Shown here: positions 37,071 through 48,400 of the stretch, in pieces
How positions within the stretch are numbered: the stretch's first letter is position 1
Layout: each line of letters begins with the position of its first letter
Assembly (NCBI GenBank): GCA_043228905.1
Contig: JBHGNT010000001.1
Coordinates: forward strand, 5,456,001-5,520,000
Direction: 5' to 3'
Source of the DNA: Azolla caroliniana
Taxonomy: Eukaryota; Plantae; Polypodiophyta
DNA: 64,000 nt
Position numbers and translations under genes: made by a program
The notes under the pieces: model-generated
What the model saw: only the letters and a program-made list of their open reading frames with translations
Databases searched by the model: none
What the model was told of the DNA's origin: nothing

Positions 37071-37352
37071 CCGTGCTCAGTGAACACCTTTTATACAAGC
37101 CCTGACAATCGGGCTGACACAAGTACTGACAGTACTTGACTGCTCATAAATGAGCCTCGACACTTACTCCCAAAACTATTCCTTACGAGGAATATCTCTT
37201 CTAACGGCCTTTCGGTTTACGCATCGATACGACCTCTCGTTAAGCACCGGTTTGCGTATCCGTTTTATGCACCGGTCCGGCCTAACTGATCGGTCCCAAC
37301 CTATTTGGTCCTCGTCCTGCTCAGCCGATCCGACCGATGTTGAGCTTGTTTC

Positions 37353-40300
37353 TCAACACTCCCCCTCAAGCTCAACTTGAGGCTCTTCGGGATCTTCTGG
37401 ATCACCGCTCCGGTTCCTCCTGGCTCCACGCCTCGCTCGCGCTCCTCGGCCTATTCGACTCCGCGCGCTTCAACCCTTCTGGTTGGCTTTTCTGCTCCCA
37501 CGGCCCTTCACAGCTCCCTTGTTGTCGCGGTGTTGGCGCTTCTCCTGCTACCTTCTTTTCCGCTTGGCCCTCGGTTGATTCAGTGTATCCGAATCAAACA
37601 TTCGAACCGACTCGGCTACCTCCGATCGGTTTTCGCTCTCGTCCGAGTTGGCTGTCTCCAACTCGTCTTCGGTCTTCTTGCCCTTGACGACGTCATCTCC
37701 GCCATGCTTGATTGGCTTCGGCTCTTTCTTTCGACTGCTCCCCTTATGTCCCCTTTTGGACTCTTCCGCGGATCCGCTCTCGGCTTCTTCAGCCGATCCG
37801 AAGTCGAATTCGTCATCTGACTCGGTGTCGCGGTCTTCGTCTTCCGGAACTTCTCTCCCTCTTCCGTGGTCATTTGGGATGTCTCTCCCCCTCAAGTTTG
37901 GCACGTCGAGGTGACGCAACCCAAGCGTACCCGAGAATTGCCGCAACTTGTCCAAACCAAGAGGCTTGGTGAAGATGTCGGCAGTTTGCCGATCCGTCGG
38001 AACATACTAAAGTTCGACTTCACCGGAAAGGATATGCTCACGGACAAAATGGTAGTGCACCTCAATGTGCTTGGTCCGTGCGTGGAAAACGGGGTTCTTT
38101 GCGAGCTGGATGTTGTTGAGGTTGTCGCAGTAGATCGTCGTCGGATCGGACACCTCCTCTTGCAGGTCCTTAAGTAGCCGCTTCAACCATATGGCTTCGC
38201 ATGTCGCGACAACCGCTCCTCGATACTCAACTTCAGTGCTCGACAGTGCAACTGTCGGCTGCTTCTTACTGCTCCACGCTATCGCAACACTCCCAAGAGA
38301 GAACGCGTATCCGGACGTGGATCGGCGATCGGTGGCGTTGCCATCCCAATCAACATTGGTGTAGCCGACCAACTGTGAGGCGGTACTGGTCCGATATAGC
38401 AATTCCCGGTCCTTAGTGCCGCTTACGTACTGCAGTACGTGTTGCGCACACTGAAGGTGCTCCTTGGTAGGTCGCGCCATGAACTGACTGATCATCCCGA
38501 CTGGATAACTGAGATCAGGTCAGGTGATTGTTAAGTAGATAAGGCTTCCGACAATTTGTCGGAACCTCGTCGGGTCGCATACCTTTCCAGAATTGGGGTG
38601 AAGCTTGACGGTTCTATCCAGAGGAGTGGAGATGGACTTACAGTCGGTCATCCCGAATTTGAAGAGCATACTCAGCACATAATGGCGTTGGCTTATCAAT
38701 ATGCCTTCGGGGGTACGGATCACTTCGATCCCGAGGAAGTAATGAAGATCCGCCAGATCCTTCATGTCAAACAATGCCGCAAGCTGGAGCTTCACGCGGT
38801 CGATTTCACCTAGGTCGGCGCCGGTGATGACCAAGTCATCAACATATAGTAAAATACTGACCGGACCGAGTCGACCTTTCCGGATGAACAGGGAAGCGTC
38901 CGATTTTGACGTTGCAAAGCCCATCCAACGCAGTTGCTGCGTGATCTTCGTGTTCCAGGCACGCGGGGCTTGCTTCAGTCCGTAAAGGGACTTCTTCAAT
39001 CGGCACATTGCCGACGTGTTCGTTCCATGTACACATGTTCCTCAAGCTCACCTTGTAGGAATGCATTCTTTACATCCATTTGATGTAAGTGCCACCCCTT
39101 TGCCGCAGCTACCGCGAACAAAACACGGACGGTCATCATCTTCGCGACCGGCGCAAACGTCTCATCGTAGTCAATGTCGTGTTTTTGCGCGTAGCCTTTT
39201 GCCACTAACTGGGCCTTGTATCGGTTAACCGAGCCGTCGGTGTTGTACTTGACCTTGTACACCCACCTACATCTGATTGGCTTCACACCCTTCGGTGCGT
39301 CAACCAGGTCCCAGGTCTCGTTTTCCGCCAATGCGTGCATCTCTTCCTCCATCGTGGCACGCCAATTCGCGTCCTTAGCCGCTTTTGCGTAGCTCTCTGG
39401 CTCACGTACTTCCACTACAGGGGTCATGTACGCATATTGATACGCCATGTACTCTTTGTATCCGAACTGCACAACTGGGTTCTTCTGGCGGGTAGATCGA
39501 CGTAATCGGTCATTAGCCGATGTCGAGGTCTTCTCGGCTGACGTGGACTTCGCTCTTGAAGACCCGTCACCGCTTCCCTCAGAGTCAGACTTGCGTCAGT
39601 CAGACTCGTTCCTATCCGTGCCGGAATCAGACACCTTCTTCTTCCCTTTCTCTTTGCGTGTAAGCCGTCTCCTCGGCTTCCTGCACGGGGAATGCATGGC
39701 CGAGTCTCCACTACTCGTTGGCTCTTCATCGAACTGGTCGAACCGACTCAGTTGGCCATTCGGTCCACTTAACCGAAACGAAATCGGACTCTCTTCGCGG
39801 GTCCCGATTTCAGGCTCATCCGGAGGTATCTCAGTCTCGCTAACCTCATCATTAGAACTCGGATTGTAGGTGAGGTTCGGAGTCGGAGGCAAGTACCAGG
39901 CAAGTACCTCACGCGTGCTTGTTTGGTGCACGGGTTATAACACTTATAACCCTTATGCTCGTCCGAGTAACCGACCAAGATACATTTCTCGGCCTTTGCG
40001 TCTAGCTTTCTCCGTTTCTCCTTCGGCACATGCACATACACAATGCTACCGAGAACTCGTAAGTGTCGCAAGTTCGGCTTTGTTCTGAAATACAACTCAT
40101 ACGCCGACACTTTTTCTTCGATCTGGTTCTGGATGTATACTACAGTCCTTACCGCCTCGGCCCAGTAGAACTTGGGCAAGCTCTTCTCCTCTAGCATTGC
40201 CAGGGCCGCTTCCACAACCGACCGATTTTTCCTCTCGGCCATGCCGTTTTGCTCCGGCGTGTATCTACAACTGAATTCGCGCCGAATTCCCATTTGTTGT

Positions 40301-42131
40301 AGATAACCGTTGAATTGATCAGAAAAGTATTCTTTTCCGCCATCTGACCGCAGGCACTTGATCTTTCTTCCTGTTTCCGTTTTCACGAACCCTTTGGGGT
40401 CCCGGAAACAGTCGAAGACTTCGCTCTTCCTCTCAATGAATTAGATCCACATGCGCCGCGTGTAGTCGTTGATGAAGGAGGCGAAATATCGGCTCCCGCC
40501 AAGACTAACGTTTTGTGCCGGCCCCCACACATCGGAGTGTATCAAGTCGAGCTTGTTTCGGCTCCGGTTACGCTCGTTGGGGAAGGGAAGTCGGTGTTGC
40601 TTCCCAAGTTGGCAGGCTTCACAAATTTGTGCCTTCCGACCACTAAAATTGGGCAATCCGAACACCACCTGTTTCGATTGCAGGTCCTGAAGCCGCTATT
40701 AGTTGACGTGGCCTATCTGCTTGTGCCATAAGTCGATGTCTGACTCAACTTTTTGTCCCTTCGCGAACATTGTGGTGTCACCGTCAGTAGAGTCGAGGAT
40801 GAACATCCTCCCATCTCTCTGCCCTTGCGCAATAACACGGCCTTCTTCCTCAATGAAGCACCCGAGGTGTGTAAACCAGACCTCTATCCCTTGGTCGACG
40901 ATTTGTCCGACCGACACCAAGTTCTTCGTGATTGTCGGAACGTGTAGCATGTTCATGAGTTTCCCTTTCTGCTTGACATGGCTCAGGGGAACTTCTCCGA
41001 CATTCGATGCGGAGTGTCGTCTCCGGTTGCGACTACTCCCGGTTGCATCGGTTTTTCTAGGTACGAGAACCACTCCTTATGGCTCGTCATGTGATTTGAT
41101 GCGCCAGAGTCGACGTACCACACCTCCTCCGACTTCGGGGTGATCTTCTTCATCGAGTTTGCTTTGTGTCTCGTCACGAAAACTAACCCTTTTCCGGCTT
41201 CTCCAGATTCTTCGGCGTAGTGCGATCGTTGTCGATTTCCTTTGTCGGTCTGTCCGGAACTTGTTCCGGACCCGGTTCTCTCCGAATCGACGCGCTTTTT
41301 CCAGCACTCACTCTCCCTGTGGCCTTTCTTGCCACAGTACTAGCATTCCGCGGCGGATTTCCTTTGCCGGTTTTCGTCGCCTCGACTCCCCCTGTTTTCG
41401 GAGGGTCCGGAATTGCTGTCGGCATCACTTCGGTGCCTTCTTCCTTGATCCCGTCAGCCGCCTCCATTGTGTACCGACTCGCCTCGTCCGCCACGACCAC
41501 GTGGCCTATCTCCCTCCGTGTACAACATCTTGCTATCGGTATGCGTGCTTGTCGACACACCCGTATGGTTCTCCTCTATAAGGAGCATCGATTGTAAATC
41601 GAAAAACGACGACGTATTCTCCCGTGTACACACAACAGTTCAGAACGCTCCGAACTTTGACAACAAACCCCCGAGACAAACCTGGACCATCTCGCTTTCC
41701 TCGATGTTCACATCGATGGAAGCTAAGGAGTCGCATATGTCCTTGATCTTCAAGGTATAGTCAGCCACCGACAAATCACGTTGTCGTAGGTTGCTCAACT
41801 CTTGTCGGAGTTGAAGCTTCTTGGCTGTGGTGCTCGTGGCGAAGATCTTCTCCAGATTTTCCCACGCACCCTTCGGCGTTTTTGCATCCCGAACGTAGCT
41901 TAATAGCTGTTCGCCCACACAAGACGTGAAACAGTACAACACTCTGCTCGCTGATTGTTCCCACGCCGAGAAGTCTTTGTGTGTCGAATCGGGTGCTGTG
42001 TCATTTGCTCCATCGACATAGCTCCAGTAATCGTGTCCGAGCAGGTACTGGTGCATCTTGTAAGACCAAGACGCGTAGTTGTTTCTGTCGAGCTTCTCCA
42101 TCGGAAGCGAGCTAGCCATGCCTCTATCCAT
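37353..42131 (-). pseudogene. Copia gag-pol polyprotein with frameshifts and stops
   Basis: Gag 42131- (NYASWSYKM…), knuckle C*YCGKKGHRESEC (~41345-41300), protease WYVDSGASNHM (~41120), [71 protein letters not shown], RNase H WSSKKQPTVALSSTEVEY/RTKHIEVHYHFVRE/ADIFTKPL. Confidence 0.93.
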
Positions 42132-42655
42132 CGGTTTTGCCTATTCTTCTTGGTTGGTTTTTCTTTCAAGCTATGTCGGCTGCAGAGGTTCTCAACCCTC
42201 ATGCTCTGATACCATGTAAAAGATTATGTGCGGAAGCAATAGAAAACCAAACACACAAAAAATATGCAGGTTTAATGGAGAGCTTGAGTATGCACAGTAC
42301 GCGGGAGAGACAGAGAGAGAACACACAAAAAACTCAATTCAAAAAATACTAACTCTCTGTACATACACCGTGCTCAGTGAGCACCTTTTATACAAGCCTT
42401 GACAATCGGGCTGACACAAGTACTGACAGTACTTGACTGCTCATAAATGAGCCTCGACACTTACTCCCAAAACTATTCCTTACGAGGAATATCTCTTCTA
42501 ACGGCCTTTCGGTTTACGCATCGATACGACCTCTCGTTACGCACCGATTTGCGTATCCGTTTTACGCACCAGTCCAGCCTAACCGATCGGTCCCAACCGA
42601 TCGGGTCCTCGGCTTGCTCAGCCGATCCGGTCGATGTTGAGCTTGTCTCTCAACA

Positions 42656-42890
42656 CTAGGCCAGTGGTTCCCATCTACCGGGACTTCTTCTAGGGTACCC
42701 TACCCACACACTAGAAGGGACGGAATCGGAAGGTCGAGAGCTAAACGCTAGGCTAGTGGTTCCCATCTACTAGGACTTCTTGTGGGGTATTAGCTACTCA
42801 TTGGAAGGGAGGAACCGGAAACTTGAGAGCTAACGAAACGATTGAAGCTCGGTTGTGGTTTCCGTGTACCAGAACTTTCTTCTAGGGTAC
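42656..42890. repeat. Right part of the minisatellite split by the copia insertion
   Basis: About three further units, ending ~170 bp before the putative beta-adaptin 5' UTR. Confidence 0.8.
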
Positions 42891-43059
42891 TGGCCTGACT
42901 CAGCGGAAGCAAATTGATCCTCGATTGAGTGAGTGAGTGATCGTCCTGTGTGTGTGTGTGTGTGTGTGTAATTCTTCTGCCAGAACGGAGAAACCCAAAA
43001 TAAAAAAGCTACCGATATTTGTAAATGAACCCACGAATTAATTCATTTTTATTCATTTA

Positions 43060-43257
43060 CTTAGCTTCTACTGTCTTCCTCTCTTTCTTCTTCTTCTTCT
43101 TCCTCCTCGCCATCTGTCATCGACATCGCCATCGCCATCACCATCGCCTGACTAAAACCCTAACTCTGTGTCGATTCGGACTCCCTCGTCTTCAGATCTT
43201 CGCTGGTCCTCCCTATCCCTCCTCGTTTCCTCAGCAGTAGACTTTGTACTTCCTCAG
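43060..43257 (+). other. Probable non-coding 5' UTR exon of beta-adaptin (CT-rich, telo-box 43155-43163), spliced to 45405
   Basis: Pyrimidine-rich leader, CAG|GTGAAT donor after 43257 and acceptor TTTTTTTGGCAG| at 45404. The transcription start is inferred. Confidence 0.5.
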
Positions 43258-45455
43258 GTGAATGCCAAATCTTCACACGAGGTTTCTTACCTTCGCTTTC
43301 TATGTGGATTTCTTTTTGGTTCTCGTAAAACCTGCATTATCAGATCTACTGTTGGAAAAGGTAAATTTTGCATAAACTGGGATGATGGACGATTCAAAGA
43401 GTCAGATCTTTGTATAGTGATAGTGTGATTTAAGCAGACACAGCTGAGTCTAAATGAAAGAGATAAATCAGTCAATTGTGGCCAATCATTAGCTGAGCTT
43501 ATACCCAAGAAATAAATCTGTCAATTGCTGCCAATTATTAGCGTATGCCTAATTTCGTCATCGTAATGTTGCATAAATTGTGAGACAAAGTAGATCAGAC
43601 AGATCCGATATTTTTGCAAAGCTTCCTGGATTAAGTAGCTTCCACTGCGATAACTAAAGAAGCAATAGATAAGTCTGAAACAGATGAAACAGTCAATATT
43701 ATCCATGTCCTCACTGATTTCTGCATTGAAATATCACATAAACTGTGATGAGAGGTCCAGCAGACAGGTTTGATCATTTTATAGTTTGTAGGATTTACAT
43801 AAATATCAACGATATAGCTTAAGAACCTAAAACTCAGTATATATGGCAGGAATATAACAGCTAATATTATCCATGTACATAAATAGCTTATCACCGAAGT
43901 TTATTAGTATCCTGATCGAGATTTTGCTCCTAAAATAACTGGTCAGATAGATCAGACCCTTATATAGTGGTTTCAGTCCTAATATTTGTTATAGCATTCA
44001 CTCTTCATGGTTGGGATAGAACATTCAATATTATCCAGTTCCTTGCACTGTGACGAGAAATGATCAGAAATGCCAAATCATTGTAATGGTTGTACGATTT
44101 AGCATTCAGTAAGATGGCATCAACTACCACAGCTCCATGAAGATTGACAAATCAATTATTTATCCATGTCCTTGGCTTATCATTCAAATTTCAAGTTTTT
44201 TGTCATCCTTTTTGATTTAAAAAAAAATATTATTCATCAGACAAATCAAGTTGTAGGATTTATTGTTCATGAAGACAGCTCAATCAGTATGCCAGAGCGA
44301 GAACAATTAATATTATTATCTATGTCTCCTTAACTTATCACCTGGTATCAAACAGTCAGTGTTATCCATGTTCATAGCATATCAGTAAAAATGATCATCT
44401 TCCTAATTGAGATTTAGCGTAAAATGTGACAAGAAAGCTTGTTTGGACAAAATTGATCATTGTATAATGGTTCTTGGCCAAATATAGGTAATGTTCACTA
44501 GAACGGCCTAAGCAGCTACAGCTCTCTACGTATGTGAGAAATATAAAAATCAATAGCCCTAGCTTATCACTCAACTTTCTTGGTTTGTTCACTGAAATTT
44601 TGGATATTCTGCAATGAGGAATAAATCAGACATATCAGATACTTAGATACTTTTAGTAAGTCTTAACATTGATGAAGATAACTGAAGAAGCTATGAGTCA
44701 ATATTCAGGCCACAGGTGAAATAAACGGTGTTTAATATTTTCCATGTCCTTAAGATTTTCGTATACCATATTGCATATTGGTTTCCACATTAAAATGCAG
44801 CGTAAACTTTGAGAAAAAAACCAATAAGACAGAATAGATCATTGTACAAAGTCTAAAGGGTTTAGTAGGACCCACTCTATCTAAAGCTGCCACACCTCCG
44901 TCTCTAAGCTACATATTTGATTAGTCAATATTATCCATGTCCTTAGGCTACCACTCAACTTAGTTTCTTCATAAACCACTTTCTTCTTTCCTGTTTATGA
45001 GCATACGTCTTTTATAAATTTAGACATGGATATATATTTGATATGCTGTACTTCTGAAGAATACTATGACCATCAGAGAAAGTGAGAATCATTCATAGTG
45101 ATTGTGGTTTCCTCATAAACCATGTTCTTCTTTCCTGTTTTAATGAGCATATGTTTTTTAGAAATTGAGGCATGGATATATGTTTGATATGTGTAGTTAT
45201 GAAGAATACTGTGACCATTAGAGAAATTGAGTCATGCATTCTAATAGTGAAACTGTTAAGGGGGGAACACCTGATTCCAAATTTAATTCATGGATATTTT
45301 TTTTAGTGTTTATGCTGTGGTAATCCTTGATGCATCATGAGGGGCATAAGTTTTCTGAAACCCTAGTGTCATTACTATCTGTATAAAAGTAGTTTTTTTG
45401 GCAGGATAACCGTGAAAGAATTTCTGATAATACACTACATTAGTTGGAAGAGGCA

Positions 45456-48400
45456 ATGAGTGGCCATGATTCTAAATACTTTTCCACCACAAAGAAGGGA
45501 GAGATCCCAGAGCTCAAAGAGGAGCTCAATTCACAGTATAAGGTATGCGTAATGAGTTCAGAAAAAAATAAAAATCAGGATTTGCCATAGTAATTGCATA
45601 TGCTATTTTTTCTGCTGTATGGATTTTTAGCATAAGCTGCTTGAAATTTAAATATTCGTACAGGACAAAAAGAAGGATGCTGTGAAGAAAGTAATTGCCG
45701 CAATGACGGTTGGAAAGGATGTCTCGATGTTGTTCACTGATGTGGTAAACTGCATGCAAACAGAGAATCTAGAACTGAAGAAGTTAGTGTACCTGTACCT
45801 TATTAACTATGCAAAAAGCCAGCCAGATCTTGCAATTCTTGCTGTCAATACTTTTGTAAAGGTTGGTTGTTCAAGTTCATATTATGTAAAAAGTATGCTC
45901 TTCATGCTATAATGTAGTTTTTGTCTGATACAGGATTCACAAGATCCAAACCCACTGATACGTGCATTGGCTGTTCGCACAATGGGATGCATCAGAGTGG
46001 ATAAAATAACAGAATATCTCTGCGATCCTCTCCAGAGATGTTTGAAGGTGATATATTTCCCTCAATATCTAATTATGCATGCATGGGCATTATGCATCGA
46101 TCTTGCCATTAGTGGATTGTCATTGATAATTTGATTTCATATTTTTTTTTCATGATTTAGCATTGTTTGTTACAAATATTGAATGCATGTTAATAGAAGT
46201 GTAATAGCATCAAGCATCTACTTTACGTTCGAATTCCCAATGACAGTCTGTGCTTTCTAAAATGGTTTTCTCTTTAAAATATTGTAACTCTTTGCACTAT
46301 TGGGGTTCTTGAAATAGTATTATGATACTATTGGATGCCTTTATTTCTCTGAATGGTTTTATATTTTTGTAGGGTTCTTTGTGAAATGGTCATGAAGTTT
46401 GTTTTTTAATGTCTGTCACATGTCTAGCCTGTTCCTTTTAGTTCCCCATTATCATGAAATTTTGTTTTGAAGGTCTGTCATATGTCTGGCTGATCCTTTC
46501 ATTTGCTGATTCCAAGTTTCAATCGCTGAGCCTATTATGGATTCGTTGATGATGAACATTTTAGTTTCTCTCTCCCACTAGATTTTAGTTTAGCTCACAG
46601 AACTTTGATGAGATATTATACAATATCATGATTGTAAAGGTTGTGGGTCTCACAGAAGATTTTAGCCTCTTTAGAGATGTTAACATGATCTTTCTTTCTC
46701 TCTCGTTCACTATCTCACCCTAAAATGTTTGCTATTGGGTTATAGGATGATGATCCATATGTTCGCAAAACAGCTGCCATTTGTGTTGCAAAACTATATG
46801 ATATCAATGCTGAGCTAGTTGAGGACCGTGGTTTTTTGGAGACATTGAAGGACCTTATATCAGACAGCAATCCTATGGTGGTTGCAAATGCTGTGGCTGC
46901 ATTGGCAGAGATACAGGAAAGCAGCAGCAAATCAATTTTTGAGATCACAAGTCATATACTCTTCAAGCTTCTTGCAGCACTCAATGAGTGCACAGAGTAT
47001 GTGCTTACTAAAAATAATGCATGTCAGCTAATCATGGCGATTCCAATAGAAAGCTATTTCATTGATTGTGCCATGTTTTTGTTTTTGTTTGCTGCTTGTT
47101 TTCTCATATTTATTTTGCCAGTTGTATGATTGAGGGCATAGTACATAATATACTTGAATGCATCGGCAAACATTCTTTTTCATATGGTTGCAAAAGAATG
47201 CGTATGTTATCAAAACATTCTTATGTTTTTGTTTTACACTTTTACCTTAACTTTCTTACCTTAAAAACAAATTTACCTTATAATAAATAATGAATACAAA
47301 GTTATGGTATTTACCATACTTTGAGGGTGTTTACCATACTCGAATGCGAATGCACGTATGGTATGTATGGTTCATATTATGATTGAGAGTGACTAAATGT
47401 GTATTCAGATGAATGAATGCAAAAATACTTGGGATTGAAGTTAAAAACTCATCGTTGAATCATTGAAGAGTGAGACCATGATATATGTGTGGATAGAGTT
47501 GTAGAATTCAATGTGTTTTGCTTTCTCTTTGTTTGGATCATCTGAGAACAATTCCAGACAGGCCCTGGTTCATTCATCACATATATACTTATAGACATCA
47601 AGCTTTGTCCTTTCAGAATCCTTAGTCAAGTTTAGAGTCGAGCTGAATTATGTTCTCTTTGTATATCAGTTTATGACCTTATGATATTTACTAGTGTACT
47701 CAATATTTTCAGATGGGGCCAAGTATTCATCCTAGATGCATTGTCTAGATACAAAGCAAAGGATGCACGTGATGCTGAGAACATAGTGGAACGGGTGACT
47801 CCCCGCTTGCAACATGCAAATTGTGCAGTTGTGCTTTCAGCAGTAAAGGTGAGAATTGCTCGGCAACTAGTAGTTCAATCTTCTGACATTGGTCACCTGA
47901 TATCTTTTATGATTTTGAAATCTATATCCACCACAACATCTGGAATTCTTGAAAAAAACTATGCATATAAGTTCCTTCTTTTCTGAAAATTATTTGCTTT
48001 CCTTGTACACTCACTGTTTCTATGCTTTACAGGTTATTCTACAGCAAATGGAGCTAATCACTAGTGCTGATCTAATACGCAATCTTTGCAAAAAGATGGC
48101 CCCCCCACTTGTTACTCTTATCTCAGCAGAGCCAGAAATACAATACGTCGCTTTGCGAAATATCAATCTAATCATACAAAAGCGACCCAATATCCTTGCT
48201 CATGAAATAAAGGTGCTGCATGATTGAGAGACATCGTTTCTTCCTTTTGGGTCGTTTTATTGATTGTTCTCCTCTGAAGCCCTATAGCTGCAGAGAACTA
48301 ATTATGGTATTTCTTTAAGGTATTCTTTTGCAAGTATAACGATCCTATCTATGTGAAGATGGAGAAGCTTGAGATCATGATAAAGCTTGCGTCAGACAGA

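Larger units (their letters stand above)
35497..42655 (-). mobile_element. Full-length, decayed Ty1/copia LTR retrotransposon
   Basis: TSD CTAGG (35492-35496, 42656-42660). 5' LTR 42655-42215 (441 bp, TG…CA). PBS TGGTATCAGAGC (42214-42203, tRNA-iMet). PPT CTTGAGGGGGAG 37370-37359. 3' LTR 37358-35497 is interrupted. Domain order gag-PR-IN-RT-RH. Confidence 0.97.

Noticed and set aside
37377-37820. 147-aa hydrophobic antisense ORF in the copia 3' region (env-like or antisense ORF?)
   Set aside because: It is the expected mirror of the Lys/Glu/Arg-rich sense frame in GC-rich DNA, has no ATG start and no motif. A family alignment could revive it.
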